DNA of 64,000 nucleotides. It comes from Collinsella sp. Its GTDB lineage: Bacteria > Actinomycetota > Coriobacteriia > Coriobacteriales > Coriobacteriaceae. Positions within the stretch are counted from its first letter, which is position 1. Every line of letters begins with the position of its first letter. This document shows, piece after piece, positions 48,654-58,663 of this stretch. Made by a program: the position numbers and the translations under genes. The DNA lies in contig JAGZYM010000005.1 of the NCBI GenBank assembly GCA_018377855.1, positions 15,567-79,566 on the forward strand, given 5' to 3'. The notes under the pieces were generated by a model. That model did not search any database. It worked only from the letters and a program-made list of their open reading frames with translations, and was not told the DNA's origin.

Positions 48654-51524
48654 ATGAGTCGCCGCAACACCGAACTGCTCTTGCTCATCGCCTCGGCGTT
48701 CCCCGTCATCCTGCTCTATGCGATGTACGTGCTCGCCGCGGGTGCCACGATTTCCTTTGAGACGCTCGCCGTGCCGATCGGCCTGTTCGCCGCCTTCGCC
48801 GCGGCGCATATCGCCGTGCGCATCCTGGCGTCCGGCGCCGACCCCGCCATCCTGCCCATCGTCTTTGTGCTCTCGGGCATCGGCATCACATTCGTGACGC
48901 GCCTGGCCCCCGACCTCGCCATCTCGCAGCTCATCATCTTGTTTGTCTCGGTAGCGCTCATGGTGGGAACGCTCGCACTGGTCAAGAACCTCGACGTTGT
49001 CATGCGCTACAAGTACACCTTTGGCATTATCGGCATCATCCTGCTGATGCTGCCGATCTTTATCGGCACCACGATCTCGGGCTCCAAGCTGTGGATTCGC
49101 ATCGCGGGCTTCACCATCCAGCCCGGCGAGTTCGCCAAGGTCTTCATCGTCTTGTTCCTGGCAGGCTATCTGGCCGAGAACCGCGAGCTGCTCTCCATCT
49201 CCAACCGCAAGATCCTGGGCCTCAAGATTCCGCGCTTCCGCCTGCTGCTGCCGCTGTTTGCCGTGTGGGGCGTGTGCCTGCTCATCGTCGTCTTCGAACG
49301 CGACCTGGGCTCGGCCGTCCTGTTCTACACCATCTTTTTGCTGATGCTCTATGTTGCCACGGGACGCTTTTCGTACGTCATCATCGGCCTTGCGCTGCTG
49401 GCCGTTGGAGCCGTGGGTGCCTACAAGTTCCTGTCGCACGTGCAGGTGCGCTTTCAGGTCTGGGTCGATCCGTTTAAGGACGCCCAGGGTCAGGGCTACC
49501 AGATCGTACAGTCACTTTACTCGCTGGCTGACGGCGGCCTGGTTGGCGTCGGCATCGGCAATGGCATGGCAAACAACATCCCCGTCGTCGAGTCCGACTT
49601 TATCTTCTCGGCCATCGGCGAGGAAATGGGCCTTTTGGGCGGCGGCGCCGTGCTCATCCTGTTTATGCTTTTTGCCGTGCGTGGCCTCACCACGGCAGCC
49701 CGCGCTAAATCCGACCTCGCTGCCTTTAGCGCCACGGGCCTTACGGCCGCCATCAGCTTCCAGGCCTTCTTGATCGTTGGCGGCGTAACCCGCCTGATTC
49801 CGCTGACCGGCGTCACCCTGCCCTTTATGAGCCAGGGCGGCTCCTCGCTGCTGGCGAGCTTCATCATCGTCGCGCTCCTGCTGCGCGCCGGTGACGAGGC
49901 GACCGGACGCGAGGCCGAGCTTACCGGCACCGGCACCATGGCCGCCATCACCGATGATCAGGTCGCATCTGCCGCCGCCCCGACGGGCACGCGCTTTGCC
50001 ACCTCGTCTTCCTACGGCAGCGGCAGCCATTCCGTCGGCTCGCGCATGCGCCGTCGCCTGCTCGACACGCCTGAATCCGGTGTGCTCGGCCGCGTTGCGC
50101 TCGCCAACCGTCTAACCCGCGCGGTGCTCGCCTTTACGGCGCTGTTCGCCATCCTTATCGGCAACCTCACCTATGTCCAGGTCATTAAGGCCAAGGACTA
50201 TCAGGACATGCCGACCAACAACCACACCATCGCCCGCTCCAAGTACATCCAGCGCGGCTCCATCATCACGTCCGACGGCGTGACGCTGGCCGAGTCGCTG
50301 CAGCAGGAGGACGGCACCTACGTACGCTCCTACCCCAACGGTAACCTGGCAGCGCACGTGGTTGGCTACGTGAGCCAGCAGTATGGCACCACCGCCATCG
50401 AGAGCGTCATGAACGACACGCTCACCGGTTCTAAGGACTACTCCAGCTGGAACAACGCCATCGCGTCGCTCGCGGGCCAGACCCAGCCGGGCAACACCGC
50501 CAAGCTCACCATCGACTCGCGCATCCAGACGGCGGCCGAGCAGGCACTCAAGGGCTTTAAGGGCGCTGTAGTGGTCATCGACCCGCGTACCGGCGCGGTT
50601 CTCGCATGTGCCAGCTCGCCCACATACGACAACACCAACATCGATGCTCTGCTGCAGACGGGCGGCGGCGAGGACGGCTCCATGTACAATCGCGCCATGG
50701 ACGCGCTGTACACGCCGGGCTCAACGTTTAAGGTCGTTACGCTTTCCGCGGCACTCGAGACCGGTACCGCCAGCCTTACCAGCACCTACCAGGCGCCCGG
50801 CTCCATGGACATCGGCAACGCACCGGTCACCAACGATGCCAACGAGAGCTACGGCACCATCAGCCTGCAGCAGGCCTTTGCCGTGTCCTCCAACGTCGTC
50901 TTTGGCCAGGTGGCAAACGAAGTTGGCGCAAACACGCTCGTGCAGTTTGCCAACGCCTTTGGCTACGGCCAAAAGCTCGGCCAGGACCTGACCTCCGCGG
51001 CCTCCATCATGGCCGACCCGTCGCTCATGACCGAGTGGGAGACCGCCTGGGCCGGCGCCGGCCAGCCTGTCGGCATGGACCACACGCCCGGCCCGCAGAC
51101 CACCGTCATGCAGAACGCCGTGATTGCCGCCGCCATCGCTAACAGCGGCGTGGTCATGGACCCGTACTTTGTAGCCCAGGTACTCGCCCCGGACGGAACC
51201 GTGGTCAAGACCACGCAGTCCCGCTCGCTTGGTCAGGCCGTCAGCTCCGCCACGGCCGACCAGGTCAAGCAGGCCATGCTTGCCGTCGTCCAGTCCGGCA
51301 CCGGCACCGATGCCCAGATCCCCGGCGTCAAGGTCGCCGGCAAGACCGGCTCGGCCGAGACCGGCGGCACCAACGTCAACTCGATGTTCGTTGGCTTTGC
51401 ACCCTACGATTCACCCACGGTCGCCATCTCGGTGGCCTTGGAGGATTACGACCAACACGACGTCGAGGCGGCCAAGATCGCCGGCATCGTCCTGACTGCG
51501 GCACTCGCCGCCCAGGGAGCGTGA
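48654..51524 (+). CDS. fused SEDS glycosyltransferase (RodA/FtsW) and class B penicillin-binding protein transpeptidase in one 956-aa ORF
   Basis: N-terminal 10-TM FtsW/RodA domain then PBP dimerisation and transpeptidase motifs STFK, SSN, KTGS; no stop between domains; ATG 48654 after AAGGGAG. Confidence 0.8.
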   Translation: MSRRNTELLLLIASAFPVILLYAMYVLAAGATISFETLAVPIGLFAAFAAAHIAVRILASGADPAILPIVFVLSGIGITFVTRLAPDLAISQLIILFVSVALMVGTLALVKNLDVVMRYKYTFGIIGIILLMLPIFIGTTISGSKLWIRIAGFTIQPGEFAKVFIVLFLAGYLAENRELLSISNRKILGLKIPRFRLLLPLFAVWGVCLLIVVFERDLGSAVLFYTIFLLMLYVATGRFSYVIIGLALLAVGAVGAYKFLSHVQVRFQVWVDPFKDAQGQGYQIVQSLYSLADGGLVGVGIGNGMANNIPVVESDFIFSAIGEEMGLLGGGAVLILFMLFAVRGLTTAARAKSDLAAFSATGLTAAISFQAFLIVGGVTRLIPLTGVTLPFMSQGGSSLLASFIIVALLLRAGDEATGREAELTGTGTMAAITDDQVASAAAPTGTRFATSSSYGSGSHSVGSRMRRRLLDTPESGVLGRVALANRLTRAVLAFTALFAILIGNLTYVQVIKAKDYQDMPTNNHTIARSKYIQRGSIITSDGVTLAESLQQEDGTYVRSYPNGNLAAHVVGYVSQQYGTTAIESVMNDTLTGSKDYSSWNNAIASLAGQTQPGNTAKLTIDSRIQTAAEQALKGFKGAVVVIDPRTGAVLACASSPTYDNTNIDALLQTGGGEDGSMYNRAMDALYTPGSTFKVVTLSAALETGTASLTSTYQAPGSMDIGNAPVTNDANESYGTISLQQAFAVSSNVVFGQVANEVGANTLVQFANAFGYGQKLGQDLTSAASIMADPSLMTEWETAWAGAGQPVGMDHTPGPQTTVMQNAVIAAAIANSGVVMDPYFVAQVLAPDGTVVKTTQSRSLGQAVSSATADQVKQAMLAVVQSGTGTDAQIPGVKVAGKTGSAETGGTNVNSMFVGFAPYDSPTVAISVALEDYDQHDVEAAKIAGIVLTAALAAQGA

Positions 51525-51656
51525 TGCCCGTGATCGAATCGGACACCCGGGGCGCGCCGCGGCCTAAGGGCTAGCGGCAACGCGCCACACGGCCCCAGCG
51601 GCCACATCGTAGGTACTACACACATCGTTGAGCGAATAGTTATGTTAGGAGCAGGA

Positions 51657-53594
51657 ATGGAACAGAGGGTCCTCGGGGGAAGATACCTCCTCAAGGATAA
51701 GGTGGGAACAGGCGGCATGGCGACCGTCTACCGTGCACAGGACCAGGTCCTCGACCGCACGGTAGCCGTCAAGATTATGCTGCCGCAGTATGCCGGCGAC
51801 GCAACCTTCGCCGCGCGCTTTAAGCAGGAGGCCCAGGCAGCAGCCGGTCTCTCCTCCCCCTATATCGTGGGCGTCTACGATTGGGGCAAGGACGGCGACA
51901 CCTATTACATCGTCATGGAGTACCTGCGCGGCACCGACCTTAAGAGCGGCATCAAGAGCCACGGCGCCCTCGACCCCAAGAAGGTCGCCCAGATCGGCTC
52001 GCAGATCAGCTCCGCGCTTTCGGTCGCCCACAAGCACGAGATCATCCACCGCGACATTAAGCCGCAGAACATCATGGTGCTGCCCGACGGCAACATCAAG
52101 GTGATGGACTTTGGCATCGCGCGCGCCAAGAACAGCCACCTCACGCAAGACAACAACGTGCTGGGAACCGCCCACTACGTCAGCCCCGAGCAGACCCGCG
52201 GTCAGGACCTCGGCCCCACCTCGGATATCTACTCGCTGGGCGTCGTCATGTACGAGTGCGCCACCGGTCGCGTCCCCTTTGACGGCGACGACGCCATCTC
52301 AGTTGCGCTCAAGCAGGTAAACGAACTGCCGGTTCCGCCGAGCCAAGTCAACTCCGGCGTCGATGCCGATCTGGAGCGCATCATCCTCAAGTGCATGGAA
52401 AAGGACCCGGCGAACCGCTTCCAGACGGCAGACGAGCTGCGCCAGGTGCTCAACAACTACCTGTCCGGCCGCGCCGTCAACGTCTCCGAGCCCACGCGCA
52501 TCATTGGCGCCGCGGGCGACCTGGGCGCTACCAAGACCCGTGAGCTGTCTGACTCCACGCGCGCTATGGTTCGCCCCGTATCGGGCGTAAGCGGACAGAC
52601 CAACCCCCGCAGCGCCGTCTCGGGTTCCACCGGTTCCTACGAGGTCGATCAGCCCAAGTCCAACAAGAACAAGATTATCGCCGCCGTAGTCGCCGCAATC
52701 GCCGTGGTTGGCGTTGTGGTGGCCTTCGCCACCGGGCTCTTTGGGGGCGAGCAGGTTACGGTGCCCGATGTGCTTAACAAGGACCAGCAGACCGCTATCG
52801 AGCTGATCAAGGAGGCCGGCCTTGAGGTCGGAACTGTCGACCAGAGCTATAACGACGATGTCGACGAGGGCAAGGTTGCCGAGCAGACCCCCAACGGCAA
52901 CACTAAGAAGCCCAAGGGCTCCAAGGTGAACCTGGTGATCTCCAAGGGCCCCAAGCCCTCCGAGAAAGTTGAGGTTCCGCAACTCGTCGGCCTAACCAAG
53001 GACCAGGCCGAGGCCGCGCTGGCAAGCGTGGGCCTGAAGGGCAACGCAACCGAGGAGGCCAACGAGGCCGACGAAGGCCAGGTCTTTGAGCAGGGCACTG
53101 ATGCCGGCAAGGAAGTCGAGAAGGGCACGACCATCTCGTATAAGGTCTCCAGCGGTCCTGACACCACCTCCGTCCCCGATCTGACCGACATGACCGAGGC
53201 CCAGGCACGCAACGCTCTCGACATGGCTGGCTTTGGCGTCGACGTGAGCTACCAGGAAAACGACTCGGTTACCGAGGGCACCGTAATTAGCTGGAACCCT
53301 AGCGGCAAGCAGAAGCCCGGTGCCACGATCACCGTCGTCATCGCCAAGAAGTCCGGCAAGGCCAGCGTCCCGGGTAACCTGTACGGCAAGAGCATCTCCG
53401 CCGCCGTCACCGCGCTCAACAACGCCGGTTTCTACAACATCGCATTCTGCGACCAGAACGGCAACCCCGTAAGCGGTAACGAGAACGCCACCGTTACGGG
53501 CGTCTCCCCCACCGGCAAGCAGTCCACCGACAGCACGATCACGCTGACGGTTTCCATCTCCGGCTCCGGCGACGACTCCGAGTCCAGCAACTAA
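51657..53594 (+). CDS. pknB: Ser/Thr protein kinase PknB-type with 4 extracellular PASTA domains
   Basis: GGMATVYRA...HRDIKPQNIMV...DFGIA; TM; four PASTA repeats. Confidence 0.9.
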   Translation: MEQRVLGGRYLLKDKVGTGGMATVYRAQDQVLDRTVAVKIMLPQYAGDATFAARFKQEAQAAAGLSSPYIVGVYDWGKDGDTYYIVMEYLRGTDLKSGIKSHGALDPKKVAQIGSQISSALSVAHKHEIIHRDIKPQNIMVLPDGNIKVMDFGIARAKNSHLTQDNNVLGTAHYVSPEQTRGQDLGPTSDIYSLGVVMYECATGRVPFDGDDAISVALKQVNELPVPPSQVNSGVDADLERIILKCMEKDPANRFQTADELRQVLNNYLSGRAVNVSEPTRIIGAAGDLGATKTRELSDSTRAMVRPVSGVSGQTNPRSAVSGSTGSYEVDQPKSNKNKIIAAVVAAIAVVGVVVAFATGLFGGEQVTVPDVLNKDQQTAIELIKEAGLEVGTVDQSYNDDVDEGKVAEQTPNGNTKKPKGSKVNLVISKGPKPSEKVEVPQLVGLTKDQAEAALASVGLKGNATEEANEADEGQVFEQGTDAGKEVEKGTTISYKVSSGPDTTSVPDLTDMTEAQARNALDMAGFGVDVSYQENDSVTEGTVISWNPSGKQKPGATITVVIAKKSGKASVPGNLYGKSISAAVTALNNAGFYNIAFCDQNGNPVSGNENATVTGVSPTGKQSTDSTITLTVSISGSGDDSESSN

Positions 53595-53647
53595 CGCAAA
53601 ACGCTTGTTGCTCCGAGCGGTTTAGACCGCAACCATATTCGCTCAAA

Positions 53648-53688
53648 AGCGCCCGCTTGCTCCCCCGGCAAGCGGGCGCTTTATTTAT
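53648..53688 (+). terminator. intrinsic terminator after pknB (AGCGCCCGCTTGC-loop-GCAAGCGGGCGCT + TTTATTT)
   Basis: 13-bp GC-rich stem followed by a T-tract. Confidence 0.7.
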
Positions 53689-54091
53689 CGACAGACCATG
53701 GCCCCTTAGCAACGCAAAGAGGCCCGCAAAAGCGAGCCTCCCAGGTGACAACAGAATATGTAATGCAGTAATTACTGGCCGCAGAACTTCACCATGATCT
53801 CGACCATGGACTCTTGCCTATGGACAAAATGTCCATAGGCAAGGAGATGAAAGAGTAAGGACAACGCCCTCTAAAAGAAGGCCGTATATGAAGATTGCAT
53901 ATCCCTTTTGCCTTCATATACTCAAGAAGCACCCCTCGAAGCGCTCCTGAGAGGCCCCCTTGGATGCAACCCAGGGGATCCAGATTCTGGTAGACATCGG
54001 CGCAGCAAAATCCTGCCGCGCAGGCACGAACGGACATCTTGACTCCTAACGCAATGCGGGGCGCCCCAAGACACCCCGCCACGACAAAAAA

Positions 54092-54964
54092 CTAGTTCTC
54101 GTAGACCAGCGGGTGGCCCCAACTGCCCTCGATCTTGCAGGTCTCCGCCGCAAAACCGGCAGCGAAGTCCAAGCTCTCGCGAATCGCGGCCTCGCCGCAC
54201 TCGCCGGCCTTCTTCTTGGAAAGATAGGTGACCAAAAACGCCGTCAGCAGTGAATCGCCGGCCGCCATAGCGTCTTTGAGCTCCTCGGGCGCCACGGGCT
54301 TGATGCCCTGCTCGTAGAAGTTTTCGCCGTCATAGGCGACGGAGCCCTTGCTCCCGCGCGATGCGCATACGATTTGAGGGCCAAGGGCCTTCACCCACTC
54401 GAGCTTCGCCTTGATATCCTCCAGGGAAGCGTCGCCCATGGACATAAAGGCGTACGTCACAAATGGCGCAATCTGCCCGAAGTACTCGTCGGTGGAGTCA
54501 TCGGAGAAGTCGAAGCTGATAGGCACGCCGGCAGCCTTGATCTTGGGGAGCTCGCGCTCGGTGAAGCAGTAGTTGCCGCTGTGCACCAAATCGAAGCCGC
54601 TGACGTACTCGGCGGCGAAGCGGTCTATCACGTAGCGCATGTCGCCACGTATGCCGCCTTCATTGGAGCCCAGGAAGATACGGTCCCCGGTCTCGTCAAC
54701 GGTCACGCGAGCGGCGCCGTTGACGCCCAGGACCTGCTGGCAGCGAAGAAGCTCGACGCCCTCGTCCTCGAGCGATGCTATAACGTGCTCGGCCTCCTCA
54801 TCTGATCCGAAGATTCCCATGTAGGCGCTGCGATCGACGCCGAGCTTCTTGGCGAAGACGGCGAAGTTAACTGCATTGCCGCCGGGATACATGGTCTTGA
54901 TGTGCTCGTACTTATCGACAACGTTGTCTCCAAAGCCAAGCACGCTTATAGGATAGGCTGCCAT
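54092..54964 (-). CDS. PfkB-family carbohydrate kinase (FrlD/ketoamine kinase-like)
   Basis: N-terminal GG...N motif and C-terminal GAGD-type region; ATG 54964 after GGAG. Confidence 0.85.
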   Translation of the reverse strand: MAAYPISVLGFGDNVVDKYEHIKTMYPGGNAVNFAVFAKKLGVDRSAYMGIFGSDEEAEHVIASLEDEGVELLRCQQVLGVNGAARVTVDETGDRIFLGSNEGGIRGDMRYVIDRFAAEYVSGFDLVHSGNYCFTERELPKIKAAGVPISFDFSDDSTDEYFGQIAPFVTYAFMSMGDASLEDIKAKLEWVKALGPQIVCASRGSKGSVAYDGENFYEQGIKPVAPEELKDAMAAGDSLLTAFLVTYLSKKKAGECGEAAIRESLDFAAGFAAETCKIEGSWGHPLVYEN

Positions 54965-55063
54965 GGTTATCTCCATTCAGGTAAACCGCCGTGGTTACGG
55001 CGAGCAGACGGGGCGCGAGGGATTCGCACGTCTCAACGCGCCTCGCGCCCCGTTTTAAAATCG

Positions 55064-56032
55064 CTAGTACTTCTCGATGCCCATGTAACGACGCACGTCC
55101 GGGTGATGGTCGAACACCTTGCCGCGAGCGGAGCGCAGCTCACAGTTCATCGCGTAGAACAGGATTGGATCAAGGAACGCGCGAACGCTCGCCGGTACTT
55201 GGTCCATGCCGTACTCCATGGCGTCGAGCACCATAAGAGTGTCGGTATGGGTCTCGAGGAATGCGAGGGCGCGCTCATCCATGGCTCGGCACTCACTAGA
55301 AGACATCTGCAGGAAGTAGAAGACTCCGGGCTCGGTCACCTCGAAGGGGCCGTGGAAGTACTCGCCGGAGTGGATATAGGCGCAGCTCTGCCACTGCATC
55401 TCCATAAGCGAGCAGATAGCGAAGCCATAGGCCTGGCTAAACACGGGACCGGACCCCAAGATATACAGGAACTTGTGGTCCTGGCACAGGGCGGCAAAAC
55501 GGTCGCAGAGTTCGGCGTTGACCTTCTCGCGAGCTGCAGGCAGGATCTGGTCCATCTTGGCGATGCCTTCGTACATGTCGGCAAGGTCGGCATAACCTTC
55601 CTGCTGATCCAGGAGCTCGGAAGCGAGAGCCAAAGAGATGCCGGCGGGCACCTCCGCCTGCGGAACTCCCTCGCCCCACGGATATACCCAGCACGTCCAC
55701 TCACCGTTATCGATGCCGGAACCCGCGTTGTCCGTCTGCACGATAACGGTCGCGCCCGCCGCCTTGGCGATCGAGCACGCATCGATTACCTCGGGGGTGT
55801 TGCCGGAGTGGCTGCAAGCGATGACAAGGGACTTTTCGCCCAGGCGCTTGGGACGCATGATATCGAACTCGCGGGCGGTATACGCCTCGCTGGCAAACGT
55901 AGTCGCCTCGCGCTTGAGCAGCTCGTGGGCGGGCAGCAGGTCGATGAGGGAGCCGCCGCAGGCAACCCAGAAGACGCTATCGAAACCGCCCTTTTCAGCG
56001 ATTGCGTCGGCGATAAGATCATGTGCGTTCAT
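55064..56032 (-). CDS. tandem SIS-domain sugar-phosphate isomerase/deglycase (FrlB/AgaS-like)
   Basis: Two SIS motifs (VFWVACGGS..., IVQTDNAGS...); start 56032 after AAAGGAAG. Confidence 0.8.
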   Translation of the reverse strand: MNAHDLIADAIAEKGGFDSVFWVACGGSLIDLLPAHELLKREATTFASEAYTAREFDIMRPKRLGEKSLVIACSHSGNTPEVIDACSIAKAAGATVIVQTDNAGSGIDNGEWTCWVYPWGEGVPQAEVPAGISLALASELLDQQEGYADLADMYEGIAKMDQILPAAREKVNAELCDRFAALCQDHKFLYILGSGPVFSQAYGFAICSLMEMQWQSCAYIHSGEYFHGPFEVTEPGVFYFLQMSSSECRAMDERALAFLETHTDTLMVLDAMEYGMDQVPASVRAFLDPILFYAMNCELRSARGKVFDHHPDVRRYMGIEKY

Positions 56033-56132
56033 TGTTATTCTTCCTTTCGATACGGCGGACGAATCCGCCAACGTTTACTGCGAGTCTTCTCGTCAAGCGT
56101 GTTGACTTCCCCACGCGAATGGGAGCTACGCG

Positions 56133-56990
56133 CTAGTCGACAAAATACCTCTCGAAGGCGTCCATGTTGTGCCGGTCCGCTGCTGCGGGATCATCGAAAT
56201 ACCTTCCATCGGTGATCTCCTGACCAAGATAGCCCTCGAACCCATGCGCGTTGAGGACGCGTACGAAATCGTCCATACTGTGCTTTCCATCGCCCCAAAC
56301 CAGATGGCCATATGGGTCGCCATCAATGAAGCGCATGTTCCTTATGGCACCATCGCCAAACTCGGCAAACCACTCTTCAAGGCTCTCGCCGGCGACTCCC
56401 ATAGCGGTAGTGTCCACCATTGGAGTAAGGTGCGGGCTGGCTACTTGGTCAAGCATGCGCCTGGCGTCCGCGAGTGTAACCACCAAGTTGCTCTCTTCCG
56501 GCCTCAGGCTCTCCATGCAGAGGGTCACGCCGTGCTCGCCGGCATAGTCCGCAAGAATCGCCAAGTGCTCGGCAGAGCGCTTCCAAGCCTCCTCGCGGTC
56601 CTCGTCCCAATCGCCCCAACCGGAGTTGATGGACATATACGGGGCGCCGAGCACCTCGGCGAGCTCGATGCCGTGCTTAAAGTAAGCGAGGCTCCGCTGC
56701 GCGTGGAGGGGCTTTCTGGCAGCGTACTGCCACGGATACACCACGTTCTCCGGACACAGGGAGCTCACGGAGAGTCCGCGGGACTCGATCTTGCGGCGAA
56801 GCTCGTCGGCCTCGAAATACCCCGTGTGGTCCAGCGTCACGTGCGGCTCGGCCGCCCAAAGCTCGATGGTTTTGAAGCCAAGGCGCTGCTGAGCATCAAG
56901 GAAGTAATCGAGCGACCACATGATGTAGTGAATGTTCATGCCGGCGACCTGCTCGCGACGCAGACGGGGTGTGGAAGCGCTTAAATCCAT
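56133..56990 (-). CDS. xylose-isomerase-like TIM-barrel sugar phosphate epimerase/isomerase (FrlC-like)
   Basis: AP_endonuc_2-type motifs; ATG 56990 after AGGAGG (ORF track GTG 56999). Confidence 0.8.
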   Translation of the reverse strand: MDLSASTPRLRREQVAGMNIHYIMWSLDYFLDAQQRLGFKTIELWAAEPHVTLDHTGYFEADELRRKIESRGLSVSSLCPENVVYPWQYAARKPLHAQRSLAYFKHGIELAEVLGAPYMSINSGWGDWDEDREEAWKRSAEHLAILADYAGEHGVTLCMESLRPEESNLVVTLADARRMLDQVASPHLTPMVDTTAMGVAGESLEEWFAEFGDGAIRNMRFIDGDPYGHLVWGDGKHSMDDFVRVLNAHGFEGYLGQEITDGRYFDDPAAADRHNMDAFERYFVD

Positions 56991-57002
56991 GCTGGGCACC
57001 TC

Positions 57003-58466
57003 CTACATCGGCAGTAGGCCGGAGATCACAGTCGCGACCAATCCGAACAGAACCATGAAGATAAAGAACTTCCAGATGGTCTTCCACCATTGCCCGAAGG
57101 AGATCTTCGCCACGGCAAGACCCGCGACGGTCATGCCCGCAACGGGGCTGATGGTGTTGACGGTCTGGTTCGCGAACTGCAGAGCGGTGACGGCAGCCCC
57201 GGGATTGAGGCCCATAAGCTCGGTCAGCGGGCCCATGACGGGCATGGTGAGTGCAGCGAGGCCGGAGCTGGAAGGAACCAGCAGCGAAAGCAGGCCGAGG
57301 ACGATGTACATGAAGGTGGTATAGATGAAGGACGGAGCGCCCGCAAGGAGTCCGACGAGCCAGTTAAGAATAGAGTCGATGATCATTCCGCCCTCTGCGA
57401 CGACCAGGATGCCGCGGGCGATGCCGATGATGCAGGCTGCGTAGGCGAAGTCGGCGATTCCGCGGACGAACTCCTCCGCAATGGTCTTCTCGTCCAGGCC
57501 GCCGAGTATGCCGGCAAGAAGGCCCATGGCCAGGAACACCATGGAGATCTCGTCCATATACCAGCCCTGGGTAACGAGGCCCCACACGATAACGCCCATG
57601 CCGACCGCGAAATCAATGAGGACGAGCTTGTGGCGAAGCGTGAACTCCTCTTCGATAGAGGCATCGGTGACAGAGAACTCGATGCGCTTCTGCTTATCGT
57701 CCTCATAGGTGATGGAGGACTTGGGATCGAGCTTGACGCGGCGCGCGTAGCGCATGGCCCAGAAAATGCCCGCGGCGGTGAAGATGACCCACAGGATGGC
57801 GCGGAGCCAAAGCTGGGGATTTCCCTCGATGCCGATAACGCCCTGGGCGATCAGCACGTTGAAAGGATCAATAGTGGATGCGCAGTAACCAAGGTTGGGG
57901 CCGAGGAAGCAGATGATGAACGCGGTCATGGAGTCATACCCGATGCTCAGCATGATGGGGATGAAGATCGCGTAGAACGGCAGCGCCTCCTCGGACATGC
58001 CGAACGTGGTGCCGCAGATCGAGAGCAGGATCATGGAGATGGGGATGATCAAGATGTCCTTGTTCTTCAGCTTCTTGATCACGCGGCTCATGCCGGCGTT
58101 TAGGGCGTTGGTCTTGGTGACGATGGCGAACGATCCGCCGATCAGCAGGACGAACGCGACGACATCGGCCGCAGCCTGAATGCCCTTGGCGGGAGCCTGC
58201 AGGACGGCATCGATGCCCTGTCGCAGATCGACGGTCTCCCCCGTCTCCGAATCGGTGTAGACCTTGTCGACCTCTTGGTACGTTCCGGCTACGGCGACTT
58301 CTCGCTCGCCCGCGGCCGTCTGAATGGTCTGGCGGTCGAACTGACCCGATGGGACGATCCATGTGAGCACCGCGAAGAACACGATCAGCATGAACGCGAT
58401 GGTGTACACATGGGGAAGCTGGAGATGGAATCTGCGCTTGGGCTTCTCCTGTTTGGCATCCGGCAT
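57003..58466 (-). CDS. YfcC-family (AbgT/DcuC-type ion transporter superfamily) membrane transporter
   Basis: 487 aa polytopic; MPDAKQEKPKRRFHLQLPHVYTIAFML... typical YfcC N-terminus. Confidence 0.8.
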   Translation of the reverse strand: MPDAKQEKPKRRFHLQLPHVYTIAFMLIVFFAVLTWIVPSGQFDRQTIQTAAGEREVAVAGTYQEVDKVYTDSETGETVDLRQGIDAVLQAPAKGIQAAADVVAFVLLIGGSFAIVTKTNALNAGMSRVIKKLKNKDILIIPISMILLSICGTTFGMSEEALPFYAIFIPIMLSIGYDSMTAFIICFLGPNLGYCASTIDPFNVLIAQGVIGIEGNPQLWLRAILWVIFTAAGIFWAMRYARRVKLDPKSSITYEDDKQKRIEFSVTDASIEEEFTLRHKLVLIDFAVGMGVIVWGLVTQGWYMDEISMVFLAMGLLAGILGGLDEKTIAEEFVRGIADFAYAACIIGIARGILVVAEGGMIIDSILNWLVGLLAGAPSFIYTTFMYIVLGLLSLLVPSSSGLAALTMPVMGPLTELMGLNPGAAVTALQFANQTVNTISPVAGMTVAGLAVAKISFGQWWKTIWKFFIFMVLFGLVATVISGLLPM

Positions 58467-58520
58467 TCTTAACCTCCTGCCAGAGCAACGATGCTTGCCA
58501 AAAATCCTTCACGTATAGGC

Positions 58521-58594
58521 AAACATCTTAGGTTGTTCTATGTATAACCTGCATGAAGGCGTCGGTCAAGAAACATATTAGGTTGTTCTATAAG
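58521..58594. promoter_or_regulatory. two direct repeats AAACAT(C/A)TTAGGTTGTTCTAT 50 bp apart in the GntR-yfcC intergenic region; candidate operator
   Basis: Exact 14-nt core TTAGGTTGTTCTAT twice (58527-58540 and 58577-58590). Confidence 0.45.
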
Positions 58595-58663
58595 TGGTAA
58601 CTTTTACGCGCTAAACGGACCTGCCGCGGCAATACGAGAACAGCGCTGTGTGAGACAGAGCCG

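Noticed and set aside
55010-55051. 11-bp GC-rich hairpin with T-tract between the SIS and PfkB genes
   Set aside because: The T-tract follows the hairpin only on the plus strand, whereas both flanking genes are on the minus strand. It is probably an intra-operon structure rather than a terminator, and there is no evidence for a plus-strand transcript.
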